64,000 nucleotides of DNA from Ophelia neglecta (taxonomy: Eukaryota). The stretch spans positions 38,192,001 through 38,256,000 of the forward strand of contig OZ260661.1 in NCBI GenBank assembly GCA_965285935.1, written 5' to 3'. This document shows, one piece after another, positions 56,801 through 64,000 of this stretch. A model generated the notes under the pieces. That model saw nothing but the letters and a program-made list of their open reading frames with translations, was not told the DNA's origin and did not search any database. The first letter of the stretch is position 1. Each line of letters begins with the position of its first letter. The position numbers were made by a program, and so were the translations under genes.

Positions 56801-59800
56801 GCGTGCTGTTCTGGCACTATAGTTTATCGTAGGCTATTTTAAAAGGACATACTGTGTGCAAGTGTCGCCATACTCCATACATGTATTTTCGGAGGGCTGA
56901 CTAGCTTGCTTGTTACATTATATACTTTAAAGGTTAACTATGATCGATTGTCGCAGATTACACAATTAAATGACGATTTGTTTCCTAATAACAAAACGTA
57001 CTCTATCAAATCTCAGGCCCATTTATTTTTTCAGTATAACGATATAGTGATATTTCTATCGTTAGTCTCACTGGGGGCATTACGAGGAGATCATACCTCA
57101 TGTGCGGGCACTGTACTCTATTACATTTACATCATCTGTGTTTTTCCAGACGAGCCCGAGACCAGTCTGTCGATGTAGCTCATTTCAAACGGTTCATGGT
57201 TTCTAAAAGTTACACCAATAAACTCTCCGAGATAAAGCAGTGGATTAAAAGAGTATCTACGCAAGTAACAATGTCAAACGACTACACACAGAAACATAAA
57301 TCAATTGTCGCCATAGTTAAGGTATTGCTTTATATATCACATGTATTAAAAACTTGATTACAAACGATATCTTGCGAACATTTCAAATTGGATGCCATTT
57401 GCTCTAAAATTGATCTGTTCGCAATATCTGTTCGCTATTGCAAACCCAGATTGTAAAAGCTACAGGTTTCGTCGGTGCTAAATGGGCGGCACCAGTTGTA
57501 GGGTGTTACTGGGCAATCCAGTGACACTGTTGTGACGCTAATTTATATCAATCCCATTACAGAGACAAATTTCAGACATTTTGGAAAGGAGTAAATGGAT
57601 TAAAGATCGGGAAGAAGAACACATTTTTCTGAGAAATGCCACGCAAGGAGTGGTGGGAACGAAACCGGATTATCAAGTAAACTCCTGCGATTTGACATTA
57701 GTCCCCTCAGTTGTGATTTTTTTGGTTTGTCCTTTCAATGCGGCGTGTTTCGTTATGCATGACACGATAATTATATTGTTGCTCGCAACTAGCACGCGGA
57801 TGAATTATAAAAACCGTAACCCTGCCATTGCAGTGGCAGTGCCCCAGCTGCTATACGGCCAAATAAGTATAACCCTTTAAAAATCACACGTCTGATGTCA
57901 CCCAGTTTAATATGATATATTTGTGGGAAACATGACAGCCAAGGCCTTGAGCCAAATTGATAAAGCTAAGGTATTTCCCAACCTAAGGAAATCGGCCTTT
58001 TTGCTGTTTATTTCCCCAGGCAATGTTTTAATTTTTTTTGCAGATTTTTTTTTGTTCCAGGCACTATTTGTGCATTATATAATATTTTGCAGACCATTAG
58101 AGAAGAATCGACCTACATGAAAAAGTTGACTCACGAGTTGGGTGGAAAAGTCAAATATATCCAGTCGAATGAATTACAAATGTGGTTTGAAAAAAGATTA
58201 ATGGATGGGCGGTTCAAGACTGTCATCAGCTATACCAACAACCTGAAAGAGTTGGTCTCCATTAAACTGCTTTAAAGCTGGTTTTCTAAAATAATACAAA
58301 ATTCCGTTTTCCTGCTCTTTTCCTCGATTATGCCTTTACAGTTAATACATCAAAAACTATGTCGCCGTGTCTCTCGGTTTTGCAGAACCATGAATTATGC
58401 TGTCCGTAGAGCCCAGCCGTACCTCGAGTTTTTGAAGACTTTGGAATATCTAAAAGATAATCGATCAAGAATCATTGAATCTCCAAACGAGATGAGTACT
58501 AAAATACACGTACGTACGGAAGGGTATATTATAACTTAATAATAATTAATGGCCTTAATAACTAACTTAATAGTATTTCAAGCCTATATATCTTGTAAAT
58601 ATATCGAATAGTTAATTTTATATGCTCACTAATCCAACTTCACTGAGGTTTTTTATATTACTGTCATCAAGGGATACATTTAAAAATCTAGATTGTTTTA
58701 AAGTGGATTAAGTTTTCCCGGCGCGAAATACATTACTTTCGTCTTTACTTTTACAGCTCGCCTTCAAGACATTGAAAACACACTTGTGTGATGAATCTTT
58801 ATTTGTGATGGCCGAACATGAGACAAGGAGCGTCTGTCAAGACGAGACTACGGACAGGGGGGAACTTGATAGGCCTACATATGTGTCTTCCAGTGGTAGC
58901 GGAGACATCGAGTTAGACCTGCAGAGCAATCCAGATCAGGAAGAGGAATTGTTGCCCTCGGCCTCATCATTCGCAAGAAAAGAAGCATCTCTCATTCCGT
59001 TTTGTGATAATTTTTACAATTCAAAAAGTCCTACCCTTGCTCCCTTTCCTTGGAAAAACGCAGGCGAGATATTTTAGTTCGAAGTGCATGTTATTCCTTT
59101 CGACAGCTGACACCTCCTTAATTTGACAGGAAATAGCAATGACGTAAATAGAAAATAATAAAAATCGATCAGTAGCAGCGATCATTTTCTACATCCGGTT
59201 ATGTCTCGATTACAGACCAGCTGACACATCAACATTCAATAGCACTCAACCAAAGGAGCGGAGCCCTCATGGAAAATATTTCGTGTACCAGATATAAAAT
59301 AAAACGTTAGTGAACAAAATAGTCTTGCGTTTGGAGGCGGAGTTGGTTCCTTTATTCCCACGAGTTTCTCAGTTCTCTTTTTGCTTTGTTTTTGCTTAAC
59401 ATGAATGATAACAATCTGCTTTTGGATTCTACAACCTCCATCTGTTTCAGAACTAGCCACAAAGCTGAACGATACAAATGCACGCCTTGAGATGATGATG
59501 AATAGATTGCAACCGGGTCATGAATTCAGGTGGCCAGAACTAAGGTCATCTTTGATCATGAGCATAGACTCTCACATGATAGGCACTGTCTATCACCTGA
59601 CTCATAAAAACAAAGAGAACATTGAAAAAATCATTAAAAGAATTTCCGACACATTGGCCTTTACTCAAGAAAACCTCAAATATCACCTCGGGGGAAGCAG
59701 ACATTTCACTGATTTAGCAGACAAGGGTTTGATTTAGTACTTTCCTTGTTAGGAAAAAGTTGTCAACAAACTTCGCACTTTGCGTGCATGTTTAACTTTT

Positions 59801-62466
59801 GTTAAACATCGTAGTTTTAAATCTTGAAACAAAATACGAGCATCCCCACTTGTCACTGTCTATTTTCTTTTCCAACTAGTTTCTACCAACGCTCATATGG
59901 TAAGGGCTGTGGAAGATCGACTGTATGCTATGGAGAAAACACAAGCTTCAATGCGTACACAAATGCAATCACTGCGTGACACCCTTCATGAGATCAGATC
60001 CAAGGTCAAACACGTTCTTGACATGTCGAGCGCCGTTAGGGTGGGTGTTCATTTAGCGTTGGCAAATCCACGATAAATTATTATGTCTCATATGTAGGCT
60101 GATATGAAGCATTCTAATAAATAGCTATATCTAAAGTTGGTAAGTTGTTCCTTGCAGGATACCGGTGAAATAAACAATGCCAATGCCTATCAAATGACAT
60201 TTGATAACAACTGGGACACCTATTTCAGTAATTCCATAGAATTTCTCTTTCGTTCATATTCGTCACACGGACTAGTCCTAAGCTTCAAAACGGGTATTAG
60301 TCAGGCAAGTCTCCACTTTAAAATGAAATTCCAGTTGGTTTAATTGGAAACCTGAATTTGTGAAAATGAAACCGACTTATTTTGAAATCGCTTATTTTCG
60401 TTTTAACTCTCTTACAACGATGCCATTGCTAGATGTATCTAGCAGCACAAACATCTTTCTTGTATATATTTAAAACAAACCATGCACAAATATACTATGC
60501 CAATAACCCAGCATTATGACCAACCTATCATCCGTTTAAAACAGATATCGCGGTCTGTCGGTTCTGGTAAGCTAGATATCAGATTAGATGGTGGTCGTCT
60601 GGTTGTGACTTGGGGTTCGGAGAGAGAGCAGCGCCACGGCAGAGGTTACTCAGTAACCCTGCCTAAAGCCATTAACAACGGGATGTGGAGGAAAATAACA
60701 TTAATACGGTAAGCTATAATACCACTGTCGCACCATGGTTTCTATATGATTGATATCTGAATACATTAAAAGGCGACCTCGTTGATGAAAAACGTCTGTG
60801 GATTATTATGTCTCCAAGTGGTGCCTCTAGATATGCAGGCTACTCAAAGGGTATGATTGCCGCTATTTCTCGGGTTCAGTAATATCGTCAAATCATGGTA
60901 TGATTCGAGTTGACAGGTGAAATGCCATCGAGAAGCAATCTCTACCTCAAAGTACGGTCGTGACAATATAAACCATTTCTTCTAAAGGAAATGTCATTTA
61001 ATGGTGTATTATTATAGTCGCTATGAACATTCCAGACACAGTATGGTAGTGAATGTGACTGAACATGTGCTATATTTCCCCTTGCTCCTCCAATATCAGA
61101 CCATAACCTTGCAGTCACAGAGGGACCACATCATTCCGCCCTTTATGGTGCAGTTCGGCAGCGCTGTGCATCGTTACCAGGTAACAACGCAATGATGTGA
61201 AACATGAAATGGTATTGATATACCACATAAAATGGATGATTTTCAAATAAAGGTACAATTCTTGTCCCATTGACAGGACACAGAAACCCCGAGTTTTCGC
61301 GCCTGTCTATCGTCAGTCAGGTTAAATGGAGACGCAATTCATATGTGGCAAGCTGAAGACAGCAGACGACAGTTGATCCCGCCCTGTCAAAAGGAGAGAC
61401 AATTAAACCCAATCCCAAGAAAACTGGGCTATCAAGGCATAGAGCCTAAACCAGCCACTGATTTGGGATACTCGAAAGACATAAAAGCCACGGGGGAGCA
61501 GTTTCCCTCGTTTTACTCGCTCAGCTTTACATTCATGGCAGATGTCAATGGGAGCAATGAAGGCACTTTATTAGTATTAAAAACGGTATGGTGGTTTTCA
61601 AAGGCAGTCATGTCAATAAAGCCGATCTTGTCAGGCTAAACTATGCATGAGATCGCTATCATTCGGTTTATTACGCTTGTATGAATATATTTCCTTTCAT
61701 TTCCCAGGGAGTCGCAGACACTTTGTCCATAAAACTGGCTAACGGTGACATTACAATGGTAGGGTCAGCTGCAAACGGAAGAAATGTATTCGAGGAAAAA
61801 TGTATTAGAATTGCCACAATTGGGAAAGCACATAAAGTTGCCGTCGTGATGCTAAGAGGAAAGTAGGTGAAGTCGCGATGTCAGAGAAGGAACGAGTAGC
61901 TTATTTCTTACTCGCGCTAAATGACCTATACATGTAATTGTTTAACAGACCAGACATTTGAAAATCAATAAATATTCTTTCAGGACGAGGCTGTATGTAG
62001 ATTGTGTAAGATGTGCGATATTGCAGTACCCAATTTTCAAGAGATTTCCATACAAGCTGTTACATGTGGCCTCTCCCCATGGCTTTGGACGATATGAAAA
62101 AACGAACGAAGTCCCATTTCAGGCAGAGCTTGGAAATGTGTACTTGCTTAACAAGTAAGCTTTTAAAGAAATCGGTCAAATGCCTCTTCATTATTTCGAA
62201 ACTCTACAGGCAAAGTGCACGATGTCATTTTCGTTTGATTGACTTCAAGAAAAAAACCCTTAGGTCTTCTATGTTCTTAACTGGGTTAATTGAAACCGAC
62301 TTCGTTGATAGACTGCTGATTGCCTTATCAAGGCACATTTAACAGAAGGAATTAGTATTTTTTGGAGCACAATGAAAATGACCTGCTTCGTTCTGTTCCA
62401 AACAGGATTATATACAAAGGAAAGACACTGATCAGCCACTGTAGATCTGTCCCCAAACAGCCGTGA
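47894..62466 (+). CDS. Uncharacterised secreted protein of about 1120 aa: signal peptide, long helical/coiled-coil region, acidic Ser-Gly linker, laminin-G and TSPN/LamG-like domains
   Basis: Proposed exons: 47894-48071, 52956-53017 (tentative), 53380-53448, 55773-55880, 56046-56151, 56479-56707, 57150-57321, 57563-57676, 58093-58254 (weak donor), 58342-58509, 58757-59063, 59216-59305, 59451-59726, 59880-60040, 60158-60304, 60545-60708, 61018-61180, 61277-61585, 61708-61862, 61984-62154, 62406-62466 (tentative). The chain is phase-consistent and stop-free. Signal peptide MKSYVCVCFILLIIPSLGEG; LamG-like motifs IEFLFRS..SHGLVL, INNGMWRKITLIR and SFRACLSSVRLNG; TSPN-like HKVAV..TRLYVDC. Confidence 0.65.
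48608..48826. repeat. Direct duplication of about 103 bp (48608-48710, 48724-48826)
   Basis: GCGCCGAACACTGCTTT...TTTAGAGAGAAGG occurs twice with few mismatches. Confidence 0.9.
49790..50240. repeat. Degenerate minisatellite (CCATCGCCTACCATTTTTTA-like units)
   Basis: Recurrent ACC/GCC triads and TTTTACCA units. Confidence 0.75.
54499..54522. repeat. (TG)n microsatellite
   Basis: Directly visible. Confidence 0.85.
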
Positions 62467-64000
62467 TTCCTGAAGAAGATTACCGAGGAAGAAGAGAGCC
62501 CCTTGTGTGTATTTGTTATTCGGGGATAATGATGAATATATTCTTGGCCTCCTCCTTTTTTGTGGAGTAAGAAAAGGCAAAGCTTTACCATTAACTCTAT
62601 TCTGTACCGGAAAACCATCTGAATTTAATTGTAATTAATCTTAATTTTACAAGGAACATATAACTAGTTCTGACTGTTTGTTGGCATCTCTGAATTGAGA
62701 TACTTAAAATTTTACATTTCTCTTGCATTTACATAGCGCGATGGTTGACTATATAATATGTTTAAACATGTGCTATATCTAGGTCGTTTTTACTTGAGAA
62801 TTTCAATAGCCTACCATGAATAGACAGCTCCAAATATAACTGAATGATAAACAACATATTCATAAAAGGATGATGTAGTGATCTAATCGGCCAAAACCTA
62901 TAGATTATTATGGTCGTTAGTCCTTCAATGTTGCCTTCGATTACGATAAAAGAAAAACGTTCACTTTTTTTTTCAGATATAAATGTTTTATGCAAAATCC
63001 AAAGAGAAACCTTCGATTGATAAATGTTGATTGATAGTTATGCATTTGATATATAAGCTGATTAATCTCAACATATCCATAACTGACACCATGTAATTAT
63101 AGTTGAAAAGATTATTGGAATACATATAAACAGGACCTGTCATGCTATCTAAGCTCTCGCTTGGTATCTCATGCCACTTATTGCGGAAGTTGACGTGAAG
63201 CACCCCGCCTCAATATCATTTATTTGCTGTACATGAAGTTCACCATTAGCCAAATATAGTTAGATTCTTATTTCCTTTTTCAGTCTGATATGGGCCATTT
63301 CTGCCTGAATATTTGTGTGGCATTGCATTTCATTTTTAACATCACCACATGGCACCATGCAAATAATAAAAAGTGGTTGAACGTCATAGCTTGATGGGAA
63401 CGTGCTTAAGTTTTCAAATTTTAGAAATCCATGAACCTGTTTCTATGTACAAGTTGCATTTCCTCTTCAAAGGGATGGCCCCCGGATTCAGTGCACCAGC
63501 TGAGCACGAGTTAAAAGGAATTTAGTCAATAAAGCATTAGGAAATGTTTAGTCTTGCGTTCGGAATTTTAAGGATGTTGGATTATTCCTAATAGTATTTG
63601 CCTCACACTTATTCTGGTAAAAACTGATCACTCCAATCTTCCAATGTTTAAGTGTGCAGTAAGTAGAATTCCGTATTTTCAAATTAGACAACCCAGTGCA
63701 ATTTGTCGAGGTTTAGTCGCTGTTGGCCGGTTCGGTTGGGTCATCTATTGATCGAGGATGGCCCTCGCCAGTTTAATCAAGTAAATTATATCCTTAGAGG
63801 TTGAACCAATGCTCTTTCACAATTGGGGACCGCTTACCTCGGAATATTACCTCCAGAAAACATACAGGAATCTATGATATGATATAAGATGGCCACTAAT
63901 TTTTTTCTTTCTTTTGTCCTTCTGTTTTTTTCTTTAATATAAGAGTCAGAAGAAATGGCAAGCCATTTCTTTTTTAAATAAATCTCCTAACAGGTCACGA

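Overview
Animal (invertebrate, probably lophotrochozoan/mollusc-like; inferred, not provable here) genomic DNA with GT-AG introns. Four genes can be assembled by hand. (1) An LZTS/Fezzin-family coiled-coil gene (+; coding exons 985-1650 and 20627-22138, about 19 kb intron). (2) FNTA, the farnesyl/geranylgeranyl-transferase type-I alpha subunit (-; 8 exons, 29971-25459). (3) FHIP2/FAM160B (+; 17 exons plus a candidate 24-nt microexon, 30154-45961), head-to-head with FNTA across 182 bp. (4) An unrecognised ~1120-aa secreted helical/coiled-coil protein with LamG and TSPN-like domains (+; ~21 exons, 47894-62466). The most unusual feature is a 1.5 kb minisatellite in FHIP2 intron 8. Its 43/44-bp unit is the exon 9 splice acceptor plus the first 17-18 exon bases, giving 35 tandem AG|GT sites, and the last copy runs into the real exon. 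FHIP2 intron 6 holds a 2.9 kb Academ-type foldback transposon with nested inverted repeats and a hAT-like fragment. All gene models come from manual reading and recalled homology; no searches were run.
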